This document shows positions 25,088 through 35,048 of a DNA stretch of 64,000 nucleotides, one piece after another. Below the pieces are notes generated by a model. It was not told the origin of the DNA. It did not search any database and was given only the letters and a program-made list of their open reading frames with translations. Numbering within the stretch: position 1 is the first letter of the stretch; each line of letters opens with the position of its first letter. Origin of the DNA: Gammaproteobacteria bacterium (lineage in GTDB: Bacteria > Pseudomonadota > Gammaproteobacteria > UBA4575); assembly GCA_965222615.1 (NCBI GenBank), contig CBDCUI010000009.1, forward strand, positions 256,001-320,000, read 5' to 3'. The translations under genes and the position numbers were made by a program.

Positions 25088-26488
25088 TTAAAAGTCACCC
25101 GTCGCTGCGCCTTCCATAATGTAGCGAAGATTCTCTCTTATTCTTACTGCATCTTCGCGTATTTCCTTAGGCAAGTGATTATTAGAGTTTTGAGCATAAT
25201 CCAACCAACTCACATCCCAATCCAAAGTCATGACCCAGAGCTTGCCATCTGCATCTTCAATTAAGGCAATTTTGCAAGGCAGGAAAACAATAAACTCTGG
25301 AACTTCATCTAGAATCTTACGTGCCACGGTTGCATCGCAAAAACGAAACATTTCCACTTTTGCTGAGGGCTGTTCTGTTTCAGCTTCTATTTGTTTCCAC
25401 AAAGGACTAGAGCCGACAAACTTAAAATTGACTTCATTGGCACGCAACTTCATGGCTTCTACCGCATCGTCCCAAGTCACATCCTCTGCCACAGGAATCT
25501 TATCGGCCATGATGCTGAGCATGTCACGCATGGATAATGGGCTCATGGCCATTGCCGTTTGGAATGCATTCTTTTTGGCCTCGCGCGAAACACCTTGAGA
25601 AACTTTGTTTTTAGGCCAGTTTTGATAGAGTTGAGTTGGAAATCCTGGAATCGTGGCAACGGGCAATTGATCCGGAACCTCGCCTTCTTTATAGCTGGTA
25701 TTTGGCTGGCCAAACATGCCAAACATAAGTTTCGGATCCATGGATCTCATCATGGCATCCATACTCTGTGGTTGGGTTAAACCCGTGATGGGGTAATTCA
25801 TCATGGTCATGGGATTCATATACATAGATGGATTCATCATGGTCCCCATCATCGCCATCATAGGTACCATCATGTTATACATGGGATTCATCCATGCACC
25901 ATGGGGATTATTTTGTACAGTAGGCATCCACATCATATTAGGGATTGCCAAATTTTGCTGGGTTGTAGTTTCTGGTTCAGAAGTGGCTGATGAATCAGAT
26001 TGAGCCGTATCACTTGGGTCTTGAGGCTGTTCGATATCTTGCGCAATTGATGAGTCAGGTTCTTCTTCATCAGTATTGGACTGAGCTGTTTCTGTCGCTT
26101 GCGTGACATCCGTTTCTTGTATTTGCTCATTACTAACTTCTGTGTCTAGTAGTTCTTCTGAGGTTTCTTCGCTTTGAGTAGTTGCTAGCACCTCTTTAAC
26201 CTCTTCTTCCGAGGAATCGATCAGGTCATCCTCTAAGGGAGCATCTTGTTCAGTAACTATATTTTGTTTTTCGTCAAAACTTTCCTCACCGAGTAGTCCA
26301 TCATCTTTTTTATTGATCGTCGCGTCATTTTCATCGACAACCATATCTGGAGTGCTTTCACTGGAACTAGTAAAAGACTCTAATTTTGAATAAACAACTT
26401 GATAGTTAGTTAGTAGTAACCAAAATCCAAGCCCAACAATAAAAAAAAGGAGGGTTTTTAATTTCATATTCTCAACACGCGATGGCAA
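25088..26488 (-). CDS. Membrane-anchored acidic/Met-rich protein with C-terminal DUF302-like domain
   Basis: TM at N-terminus (start probably 26467), acidic linker, Met-rich block, then FC.....A......F...LPC.IA..ED..GK DUF302-type motif. Confidence 0.75.
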   Translation of the reverse strand: MPSRVENMKLKTLLFFIVGLGFWLLLTNYQVVYSKLESFTSSSESTPDMVVDENDATINKKDDGLLGEESFDEKQNIVTEQDAPLEDDLIDSSEEEVKEVLATTQSEETSEELLDTEVSNEQIQETDVTQATETAQSNTDEEEPDSSIAQDIEQPQDPSDTAQSDSSATSEPETTTQQNLAIPNMMWMPTVQNNPHGAWMNPMYNMMVPMMAMMGTMMNPSMYMNPMTMMNYPITGLTQPQSMDAMMRSMDPKLMFGMFGQPNTSYKEGEVPDQLPVATIPGFPTQLYQNWPKNKVSQGVSREAKKNAFQTAMAMSPLSMRDMLSIMADKIPVAEDVTWDDAVEAMKLRANEVNFKFVGSSPLWKQIEAETEQPSAKVEMFRFCDATVARKILDEVPEFIVFLPCKIALIEDADGKLWVMTLDWDVSWLDYAQNSNNHLPKEIREDAVRIRENLRYIMEGAATGDF

Positions 26489-26930
26489 TTTGTGTGTAGT
26501 ACAGGCCTTTATTATAATATTGACAATATATTATTATATTACTATGTACTAATTCAATTTATTTATTCACGGACTAAATTTATTTAACTTGTTTATCATC
26601 AATAGGTTATTTTATTATTTTAATGTTAATCATTATAAATGATAGATATATTTTTACAGAATACCATCTACTCTGAGTGATAAAATTGGTATATAAAGAT
26701 ACTGACTGAGACTATCCTTATGTAAATAAGTCTCAATAGGTTTGTGCCTTGTAATAAAGGATATTGGCTTCTTGTTTAACTTGGTTAAGGATAAAGCATA
26801 GTGACGACAATGGATGTTATTCAAAAACTTTATTTACACTCATAGTGAACCAACTGATATTAATCAAATGCTAGTTTGATAAGTTCGACTAAACTATACG
26901 GTTTACTCATTTTGCTCTGAATAGTATTTA

Positions 26931-27470
26931 ATGAAATTGATTTCAATCATATTACTTCTACTAATTGGAGCAGCCTTTACTTTTGGTTCTTCAGTAACTT
27001 TAAAAGCAACTAATTCAACAGAATTTTGTACATCCTGCCATTCTATGCAATGGGTAAAAGAAGAATGGATGGAGAGTGCCCATTATTCTAATATTTCTGG
27101 CGTGAGGGCAAATTGTTCGGATTGTCATGTACCACATCAAACCGGACCAAAACTGTATGCCAAGCTACGTGCCGCTAAAGATGTTTGGCACGAAATACTT
27201 GGCACGATAGATAATGATGAAAAATTTGAACATCATCGTTGGCAAATGGCAAATGCGGTGTGGGATCGAATGGAGGCTACAGATTCACGTGAATGCCAGT
27301 CTTGTCACACGATTGCGGCAATGGATTTGAAGGAACAGGATCGATCTGCACGTAAAAAACATAAAAAAGCAGAAACCCGCGGTAAGACCTGTATTGACTG
27401 TCATAAGGGAGTAGCTCATGAGGTTCCTGAAGAGCCTGATGAAGAAGAAATTGCGTTACAAGACCAGTAA
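26931..27470 (+). CDS. NapC/NirT family tetraheme quinol dehydrogenase
   Basis: Four CxxCH (CTSCH, CSDCH, CQSCH, CIDCH), N-terminal TM, KGVAH. Confidence 0.92.
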   Translation: MKLISIILLLLIGAAFTFGSSVTLKATNSTEFCTSCHSMQWVKEEWMESAHYSNISGVRANCSDCHVPHQTGPKLYAKLRAAKDVWHEILGTIDNDEKFEHHRWQMANAVWDRMEATDSRECQSCHTIAAMDLKEQDRSARKKHKKAETRGKTCIDCHKGVAHEVPEEPDEEEIALQDQ

Positions 27471-27577
27471 GCGACATGATAATATTTAATTATAAGTATT
27501 TAATATCAGTAGCACAGAACTATAATAAAATTACTTCGCTCTGATAATAATAATTCCAATCATCACGGAGGAATACC

Positions 27578-28246
27578 ATGTTTTATCAACTCATCCGTCT
27601 AATCTTTCTATGTAGTGTATTTGGACTTTTTAGTTTAAACACTGCATGGGCTGGAGATACTGCGAGTCCTTCTATGCTCTCTGATACCTGTCTAGGCTGT
27701 CACGGGCCTGGCGGAGTCAGCGAAGGACCTGCCACTCCTACAATTTCTGGAATGTCTGAAATTTACATCATCGGTGCCATGTTGGCTTATAAATACGATA
27801 ACGATGAAGACAAAATTGATGAGATTATTGATGCCGATGCAGACTTCGAAGATGTAGAGTTTTTTGCAAGAACCTCTACGGTAATGAATCGTATCGCTAA
27901 GGGTTATTCTGAAGAAGAAATTAAAATACTCGCAGAGCATTTTGCGAATTTATCTTATGAACGAAAAGAACAAAGTATAGATACTGGCAAAGCCAAAACT
28001 GGTGCAAAACTCCACGAAAAACATTGTGAAAAATGCCATGAAGATGGTGGCAGTTCTGCTGAAGACGATGCCGGTGTACTGGCAGGACAGTGGATCCCCT
28101 ATCTTGAATACACCATGGCCGATTTCTCCAGTGGAGATAGGGAAATGCCTAAAAAAATGAAAAAACAAATGGAAAAAATGCATGAAGCACATGGCGATGC
28201 GGCAATAGCTGATTTAATTCAGTTTTACGCTGGCTATAAAGAATAA
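27578..28246 (+). CDS. fccA: Diheme cytochrome subunit of flavocytochrome c sulfide dehydrogenase
   Basis: Signal peptide, CLGCH and CEKCH, MNRIAKGY, LAGQW; immediately upstream of fccB. Confidence 0.85.
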   Translation: MFYQLIRLIFLCSVFGLFSLNTAWAGDTASPSMLSDTCLGCHGPGGVSEGPATPTISGMSEIYIIGAMLAYKYDNDEDKIDEIIDADADFEDVEFFARTSTVMNRIAKGYSEEEIKILAEHFANLSYERKEQSIDTGKAKTGAKLHEKHCEKCHEDGGSSAEDDAGVLAGQWIPYLEYTMADFSSGDREMPKKMKKQMEKMHEAHGDAAIADLIQFYAGYKE

Positions 28247-28273
28247 ATGCATCGGATATCAGGAGTTATAACA

Positions 28274-29551
28274 ATGTCTAAATTAACAAGAAGACAATTT
28301 TTAAAAGTTTCAGGTAGTGCTTTTGCTGCTACAGGATTAGGTTTTCCTCATATTGCCAGTGCAGCAAAACACCGCGTTGTAGTAATTGGTGGTGGAGTTG
28401 GTGGCTTGGTTGCTGCCAAATACATTGCCAAGGGTGATTCTTCTACTGAAGTGACAGTAGTAGAGCCCAAAGCCCATCACCACACCTGCTTTATGAGTAA
28501 TGAAGTAATCGGCGGTGATCGTGATATCTCGACGATTAAGTTTGGTTACGACAAACTTGCCGACCATGGCATCAAGCTTGTTCAAGATAAGGCCACTGCT
28601 ATAGATGCCGAAGCACATAAGGTAACTACTGCGGATGGTACAACTTTAGAATACGATCGCTTAGTCATGTCCCCAGGAATTGCTCTTAAGTGGGATGCCA
28701 TTGAAGGCTATGATGAAGCCGCATCAGAAATCATGCCACATTCTTGGATTGCAGGAACTCAAACCGCCCTGCTTCGTAAACAACTAGAATCGATGGACGA
28801 TGGTGGCTTAGTCGTATTAGCACCACCAGGTAATCCATTTCGTTGTCCTCCAGGACCATATGAACGTGCCGCACAAATCGCGCATTATTTAAAACACAAC
28901 AAACCAAAATCGAAAATTTTAATCCTTGATGCAAAGGATAAATTCTCTAAACAAGGTTTATTCATGCAAGGCTATAAAGATGTGTATGGCGAAATGATTG
29001 AATGGGTTGCTGGTGCGGATACGGGTGGTGGCGTGAAAAATGTAGATACCAAGGCTATGACGGTAAGTACTGATTTTGATGATCATAAGGTTGCTGTGGC
29101 TAATATCATTCCACCGCAAAAAGCTGCACAAATTGCGCATGATGCGGGCTTAACCGATGATTCCGGTTGGTGTCCTGTGAACTTGGGTACTTTTGAATCC
29201 AAGAAGCACAAAGACATTCATGTCATCGGTGATGCGAGTATTGCAACAGGCATGCCTAAATCAGGTTATGCAGCCAGTACGGAAGCCAAAGTGTGTGCCG
29301 CAGCTGTAGTCAGCTTGCTGAATGGCAAAGAACCCGGCATTGCTTCTTATGCCAATGCCTGCTATAGCTTAATTGCGCCCGACTATGGAATTTCTGTGGT
29401 AGCGGTCTACAAACTTGCTGCAGATGGTTCGGCTATTGAGAAAATTGGCGGTGGCTTGACGCCTGCCGATGCTTCTGCAGAAATGCGCAAGCGCGAAGTG
29501 CAGTATGCATATTCGTGGTTTAATAATATGACCGCCGAAATGTTCGGATAA
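28274..29551 (+). CDS. fccB: Flavocytochrome c sulfide dehydrogenase flavoprotein
   Basis: Tat signal TRRQFL, VVVIGGG.GG, CPPGPYER, MPKSG, CYS; ATG 28274 after an AGGAG RBS. Confidence 0.93.
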   Translation: MSKLTRRQFLKVSGSAFAATGLGFPHIASAAKHRVVVIGGGVGGLVAAKYIAKGDSSTEVTVVEPKAHHHTCFMSNEVIGGDRDISTIKFGYDKLADHGIKLVQDKATAIDAEAHKVTTADGTTLEYDRLVMSPGIALKWDAIEGYDEAASEIMPHSWIAGTQTALLRKQLESMDDGGLVVLAPPGNPFRCPPGPYERAAQIAHYLKHNKPKSKILILDAKDKFSKQGLFMQGYKDVYGEMIEWVAGADTGGGVKNVDTKAMTVSTDFDDHKVAVANIIPPQKAAQIAHDAGLTDDSGWCPVNLGTFESKKHKDIHVIGDASIATGMPKSGYAASTEAKVCAAAVVSLLNGKEPGIASYANACYSLIAPDYGISVVAVYKLAADGSAIEKIGGGLTPADASAEMRKREVQYAYSWFNNMTAEMFG

Positions 29552-29553
29552 TC

Positions 29554-29672
29554 GAACCACTGATTTATCAAGCTACTTTGTTAAAAAATATTCTCGGAAT
29601 ACTCATGTATTTGCATATACATTCCGTTTCCTCGAAATTTTTTGCCTCATATCTTGAGTAAATCAGCGATTC
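29554..29672. repeat. Small palindromic intergenic repeat (MITE-like), copy 1
   Basis: Terminal IR GAACCACTGATTTA / TAAATCAGCGATTC; core AATACTCATGTA..TATACA.TCCGTTT..TCGAAAT shared with 45319-45466. Confidence 0.6.
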
Positions 29673-29698
29673 TTTAAGAATATCTACAGTAACAATAG

Positions 29699-29724
29699 AA
29701 AAGGCTGCTTCGGTAGCTTTTTTT
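29699..29724 (+). terminator. Rho-independent terminator after fccB
   Basis: AAGGCTGC-TTCG-GTAGCTTT followed by T run. Confidence 0.75.
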
Positions 29725-29738
29725 ATTTCTAATTTATT

Positions 29739-30005
29739 ATGGCAAAGAATCGAAATTTAACTGAACTAAAAAACATTGGCGAAAAGCTCGCTCGACGCTT
29801 AAATGAAATTGGAATTTTTTCGGAATCTGATTTGCGTAAAGTAGGCGCAGTAAAAGCACATAAAAAAATTAAGACAAAATACCCAAATGAGACCCTTCCC
29901 GTATGTTATTACTTATACTCGTTTGAAGGTGCGCTTATTGGTAAACATTGGGGTAAATTAAGTAAAAATAAAAAGCAAGAATTGCTTAAGCAAATAGAAA
30001 GATAG
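29739..30005 (+). CDS. TfoX/Sxy C-terminal domain protein
   Basis: L.NIG.KLA..L..IGI....L..VGA and LYS.EGAL...HW pattern. Confidence 0.82.
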   Translation: MAKNRNLTELKNIGEKLARRLNEIGIFSESDLRKVGAVKAHKKIKTKYPNETLPVCYYLYSFEGALIGKHWGKLSKNKKQELLKQIER

Positions 30006-30012
30006 CCATAAT

Positions 30013-30633
30013 TTATAATTTTATTTTTACGGTAAAGGCCCCCCGTATCTCTCCTACCCTGTATCCTGTAGCTAAATCATTTGGATATAATTCTTTAAGT
30101 TTGGTTTCAATCGGTGGCGCAATGCTTTCACCGTGACAGATTAAACAAACTTCTGCTGTTGGAATAGCTTTCATATAACGAAACCATTTCCCGGTTTCAT
30201 CTTTTATTATCTGGTACGTTTGCATATCCTTAATGCTTGCGTCAGATTGTTTTTGCTGTTCAAATTCTTGAAGTATCTCTTGTTCCCAATTATCTGGTGC
30301 ATTTAATGGATTACGAGTTTTTAGAGAGGTACGCCCTATTTGCACCACATGTTTTTGTGAAATCTCGGAGGCGATTTTCGGGGCTTCTATGTTACAGACG
30401 CCTATAGCTTCAACTGGCCCACCAGATTGAAGACTATTTTTTAGTTTGCTTTTAAGTGAATTTGCAAATTCGTGTACTGCATTTTCGCTAGCATTTAGCT
30501 GCTGATCCACATCTTGTGAACATGCTACAGCACATAACACAGGGAAAAAGAGTACTAAAGTTACTTTATTCAAATAAATAAACAAATATCTGACTTTTGT
30601 GCGGCTGGTAAAAATGATGCTGCACCTACCCAA
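30013..30633 (-). CDS. DUF3365 (Tll0287-like) c-type heme protein
   Basis: GGPVEAI.VC, RTSLK.RNP.N.P..WE, CLICHG, GYRVGEIRGAF; true start probably slightly downstream. Confidence 0.85.
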   Translation of the reverse strand: MGRCSIIFTSRTKVRYLFIYLNKVTLVLFFPVLCAVACSQDVDQQLNASENAVHEFANSLKSKLKNSLQSGGPVEAIGVCNIEAPKIASEISQKHVVQIGRTSLKTRNPLNAPDNWEQEILQEFEQQKQSDASIKDMQTYQIIKDETGKWFRYMKAIPTAEVCLICHGESIAPPIETKLKELYPNDLATGYRVGEIRGAFTVKIKL

Positions 30634-31184
30634 TCCGATACACCATCAATAAAGTCCTCTTTATTATAGCCAAATAAATCTACAGTCATTTGACAAGCGA
30701 CTAGTTTTACATCAGCTTCAATCGCTAACTCGCGTAATTCTTGAATGCTCGCGACACCCTTATTTTTAAGAGTTTGCTTCATCATCGATGTTGCAAACTT
30801 TTCAAACCCCGGGATATTGCTGCTCAGTGCATTAGGAATATTCCATTCCATATTTTGAAACCAGTCTGGCCCAAATGGCATTTTCATCGGCATAGCGGGA
30901 TTTCCAAGTGGAGAAATTTCTAGATCGAGATCTTTTTTAAGTAAATTCAACCCATAAAAAGTAAAAAAGCATGATACTTCCCAGCCCAATGCTGCTGCAG
31001 TCGAGGCAAGAATAAACGGTGGATACGCCATATCCATAGTTCCCTTGGTAGCGATCAAAGATAACTGCGGTATTTTTTGTTCTTCGCGCTCGCGTAATTT
31101 TTGTTCTAGTCTCTCGTCAAACCAACGATTCAGACTTTCCATATCAAGCTGATCTGGGATTTGGGCTTCAATAGTGTCTTGCAT
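30570..31184 (-). CDS. DsrE2-like (DsrE/DsrF/DrsH family) sulfur relay protein
   Basis: TKGTMDMAYPPFILASTAAA, FFTFYGL, ACQMTVDLFG; ATG 31184 preceded by GGAGG. Confidence 0.88.
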   Translation of the reverse strand: MQDTIEAQIPDQLDMESLNRWFDERLEQKLREREEQKIPQLSLIATKGTMDMAYPPFILASTAAALGWEVSCFFTFYGLNLLKKDLDLEISPLGNPAMPMKMPFGPDWFQNMEWNIPNALSSNIPGFEKFATSMMKQTLKNKGVASIQELRELAIEADVKLVACQMTVDLFGYNKEDFIDGVSDWVGAASFLPAAQKSDICLFI

Positions 31185-31618
31185 GGCTTCCTCCAGGAAC
31201 ACCTGAATATAATCATTTGCTAATATACCATACTGTAACAAAATTAACCCATGGATATTTTCCTCAATATTGAAAATATTGGGCAATACTGTCTAACTTA
31301 TTATCATCAGATAAATTTTTATATTTTATTTAAATGAATTTATATAAAATAAATAGTTATGCTATTAGTATAAAGTTATTTATCACAGCTTTGCTGTATC
31401 CATTATAGATGGCACATCCTAGTGCTACACAGCTGCAAGTTACTTCAATTTTACTTGATTACGTTTATTAAAAATTCTCTTACCAAACATAAGCTATTTA
31501 CTACCCTTCATCAGAGGATTAGTATCCCAGCATTCAATAAAACTCTATGTTTAATGAGTGAGTTAGGGTCAAGAATTTGGGCAAAGTTACAAGGTCAAGG
31601 ACTCGATTGGAGGAGCTT

Positions 31619-31694
31619 TGGCGTCCCCAGGGGGATTCGAACCCCCGTTGCCGCCGTGAAAGGGCGATGTCCTAGGCCTCTAGACGATGGGGAC
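31619..31694 (-). tRNA. tRNA-Glu (TTC)
   Basis: GTCCCCATCGTCTAGAGGCCTAGGACATCGCCCTTTCACGGCGGCAACGGGGGTTCGAATCCCCCTGGGGACGCCA. Confidence 0.97.
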
Positions 31695-31857
31695 GATGCT
31701 TTGTGAATTCTAACCTTATCCGTAACGGTTTCTTCGTCAACAAGGCCGGCGAAACTTACGCTAAGCATGGTTTTGCTGTCAAGTAAATATGAAACTTTAT
31801 TGCTTTAAGCACAAATTTTTTGCATAACTCAATTGAAGATTATAACTAGCTAATCGC

Positions 31858-32745
31858 ATGGATACAGCTGCAACGATTACCAATTTTTGGCCAAAAATAG
31901 AAAGGAAGTTGCCGCGTTTAGTTAATATCTTGCTGCTGTTTCTTATATTGATTACCTTGGCCAAATTACTATGGAACTTTTTTGACACCGGAACTAGTTC
32001 TGCCGTGATTACTCCAACTGTCAACACCACAAAAGCCATTAAACCTCAGCCTCGACCTCAATATGACCGTCGAATTGCTCAAATGCATATAATGGGTAAA
32101 CCAGTCGTGAGTACGGCCAAAAAGATTGAAGACGCCCCAGATACAACCTTAAACCTTAAACTATTGGGCGTACTTGCAGGAGGTAAAGAGTATGGCTATG
32201 CGATTATTTCTAGTGGTACCAATAAAGTAAAGCATTATGCATTGGGCGACGATGTGCCTGGTGGAGCAACATTACATGCAGTATACCCTGACCGTGTGAT
32301 TTTAGAACGCGATATCCGTATGGAAACTTTGCGCTTACCCAAATCTCAAGCAACAAAATTTAGCAAAACTAAGTCTAAAAAGCCCAAGCAAAGCCCCCAA
32401 GCTGCCGATATAACCACACAGTCGTTTGAAACACTAGGCCAATTCCGCCAAGAAATGCTGAAAAATCCTGTCAAGCTCACTCAGTTTATCAATGCTATTC
32501 CAGAACAAGATAGCGAAACGGGAGAATTCAAAGGCTATAAACTCACTCCCAGTACTAATTCTGAAATGTTTTATCAATTGGGTTTGCAGCCAGGAGACCT
32601 TGTAACCAATATCAATGGTATACAACTTGATCAACCAAATAAGGGCCCAGAGGCACTTAATGCACTAGCGGATGCTTCGGAGATTACTTTGATTGTTCAG
32701 CGGGAAGGAACCGAGTTAACGTTGTTTCAGGATTTAAGCCAATAG
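31858..32745 (+). CDS. gspC: Type II secretion protein C
   Basis: TM, AP.T.LNL.L.GV HR domain, C-terminal PDZ; first gene of the operon. Confidence 0.9.
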   Translation: MDTAATITNFWPKIERKLPRLVNILLLFLILITLAKLLWNFFDTGTSSAVITPTVNTTKAIKPQPRPQYDRRIAQMHIMGKPVVSTAKKIEDAPDTTLNLKLLGVLAGGKEYGYAIISSGTNKVKHYALGDDVPGGATLHAVYPDRVILERDIRMETLRLPKSQATKFSKTKSKKPKQSPQAADITTQSFETLGQFRQEMLKNPVKLTQFINAIPEQDSETGEFKGYKLTPSTNSEMFYQLGLQPGDLVTNINGIQLDQPNKGPEALNALADASEITLIVQREGTELTLFQDLSQ

Positions 32746-32907
32746 TATCTTTAAACCGTTAGTCAAAGAATATTTGACACAGAGATGTAACTTTATGTGG
32801 GATAAGGAATTTTCGTGTATAAATATAAAAGTCTGCCAAACTGAGCATTGCATCTTTACCAACTTGAACCATCATGATAATTTACTCTGTATAAGCGTGA
32901 TAACTAT

Positions 32908-35031
32908 ATGAAAAATAAAAATATAATTTCTAAATTTCTTAAAAAGTTATGCGTTTTTGCAACGTGTTTATTAGTTTATTCTGTTTCAATTGCCGAAACT
33001 GGCGTTACGCTGAATCTCAAAGATGCAGATATCCGCTCGTTTATTGAAACAGTCGCTGAGGCAACTGGACGTAACTTTGTCGTCGATCCAAGAGTTAAGG
33101 CAAAAGTCACTGTCGTATCTGCGCGGCCAATGAACCGCGAAGAAGTATATCAAGTATTCCTATCTGTTTTACAAGTTCATGGCTATGCAGCCGTAAAAGT
33201 TGGTCAGATTATCAAGATTCTTCCTGATGTAAATGCCAAGCAAGGCCCGGTTGCAACCTCAGAAAAACTTCAAGGTAAGGGGGACGAGCTTGTTACTCGT
33301 GTAATACCCATTAAAAATGTCCCGGCTGCACAAATGGTTCCAATCCTGCGCCCTCTTGTTCCGCAACAAGGACATTTAGCTGCCTATCCGAACAGCAATG
33401 TACTGGTCATTTCGGATCGCGCTGCCAACATTCAACGATTGATCAACATCGTAAACCGTATCGATCGTCCTGACAGCCAAGAGATTGAAGTTGTACCTTT
33501 GCAGCATGCTTCCGCTACCGAAGTCGTGCGCATCATTAATGGACTCAACCGTAAAGATGCTCAAGGTGGACAAGTCCCTGGGCAAGCGACTTTGGCAGCT
33601 GATGAACGCTCGAATAGTATTTTATTGTCTGGTGACAGTGCTGCCCGTTTGCGAATTCGTGGGATTATTGCGCATCTTGATACACCGCTCGAAGGTGGCG
33701 GCAATTCTCAGGTTGTATTTCTGAAATATGCAAAAGCCGCAGAACTTGCACCAATTTTACTTGGTATTAGTCAATTTGAAGCCAAAGAAAGTCAACAAGG
33801 TGGAAATGCCGCAGCAACTACTACTACGGCTGGCGGCTCTCAAGAGGTAGATATTCAAGCCGACGAAACCAACAATGCCCTTATTATTACGGCATCACCT
33901 GCCAAGTTTGAAAGTTTACGTAGAATCATAAGCCAGCTAGATATTCGACGAGCTCAGGTGTTGGTAGAAGCCATTATTGCCGAAGTCTCCACAGAACTAT
34001 CCAAAGAATTGGGTGTGCAATTTGCTTACGTACCTACTGATCGTTCATCTGGAACAACACCGGCATTTGGGGCGCTGTTTCCAAATGCCAATGCAAATTT
34101 GTCTGGACTTTTTTCTGACAGTGTCGCTGATCAGATTGGAGCGGTAAGCTCTGGATTTTTTGTCGGTGCTGCAAAACTAAGTGGAAAAGACCGCTTTGCT
34201 GCACTTCTACGTGCACTGGAAGGCGATACTGCAACAAATATTCTATCTACACCTCAACTTTTGACCCTTGATAATGAAGAAGCAGAAATCATAGTAGCCC
34301 AAAATGTGCCCTTTATTACTGGACAATTTACCAATACGGGTTCTGGCACTGATTCAGCCGTAAACCCATTTCAGACAATTGAACGCCAAGATGTGGGCAT
34401 TACGCTACGAATTACTCCACAGATCAATGAGGGCGATAGTGTCAAATTAGATGTTGAGCAAGAAGCTTCTTCGCTTTCCACTTCTGCTGTTGCCAGCGAC
34501 TTAATTACGAATACTCGTTCTATTAAAACGAGTGTATTAGCTAGAGATCAGCAAACAATTGTTCTGGGCGGATTAATCGAAGACGAATTCCAAGACAATG
34601 AGCAAAAAATTCCATTACTTGGCGATATTCCATTACTTGGACATTTATTTAAGGCAACAGTAACAACGAAGGATAGGCAAAACCTAATGGTGTTTATCCA
34701 TCCAGTCATCATCCGTGATCCAGCAACTACCGATTCCGTTACCAATTCTAAATATAGTTTTTTACGTGCTAGGCAAATTGAGGCCGAAATTGATGATCGT
34801 GGTTTAATTCGAAAAGGTGCTGAATTATTACCTGACTTAGATGAATTAGTGACCCAAGTCCCTGGCGGTGGCACCTCGACTTCCCCTGTCTCAGTAGATC
34901 AGCTATTACAACAATCTCCAGGTGTAGAGACTACACCGATAGACGAGATAGAAGGCGTTGAATTAGAAGAAATAGAACCTGAAAATATCTCAATCCCTAC
35001 TGATTCTGACGATGTAATCATTGTCGAATAA
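32908..35031 (+). CDS. gspD: Type II secretion secretin D
   Basis: LNLKDADI, DIRRAQVLVEAII, KIPLLGDIP motifs. Confidence 0.95.
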   Translation: MKNKNIISKFLKKLCVFATCLLVYSVSIAETGVTLNLKDADIRSFIETVAEATGRNFVVDPRVKAKVTVVSARPMNREEVYQVFLSVLQVHGYAAVKVGQIIKILPDVNAKQGPVATSEKLQGKGDELVTRVIPIKNVPAAQMVPILRPLVPQQGHLAAYPNSNVLVISDRAANIQRLINIVNRIDRPDSQEIEVVPLQHASATEVVRIINGLNRKDAQGGQVPGQATLAADERSNSILLSGDSAARLRIRGIIAHLDTPLEGGGNSQVVFLKYAKAAELAPILLGISQFEAKESQQGGNAAATTTTAGGSQEVDIQADETNNALIITASPAKFESLRRIISQLDIRRAQVLVEAIIAEVSTELSKELGVQFAYVPTDRSSGTTPAFGALFPNANANLSGLFSDSVADQIGAVSSGFFVGAAKLSGKDRFAALLRALEGDTATNILSTPQLLTLDNEEAEIIVAQNVPFITGQFTNTGSGTDSAVNPFQTIERQDVGITLRITPQINEGDSVKLDVEQEASSLSTSAVASDLITNTRSIKTSVLARDQQTIVLGGLIEDEFQDNEQKIPLLGDIPLLGHLFKATVTTKDRQNLMVFIHPVIIRDPATTDSVTNSKYSFLRARQIEAEIDDRGLIRKGAELLPDLDELVTQVPGGGTSTSPVSVDQLLQQSPGVETTPIDEIEGVELEEIEPENISIPTDSDDVIIVE

Positions 35032-35048
35032 AGATGGAGTAAGGATCT

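Noticed and set aside
31410-31427. Sigma-54 promoter TGGCAC...GTGC
   Set aside because: GG-to-GC spacing is off by one base.
31422-31706. 94-aa ORF
   Set aside because: Its 3' part is the antisense of tRNA-Glu and it has no recognisable motif.
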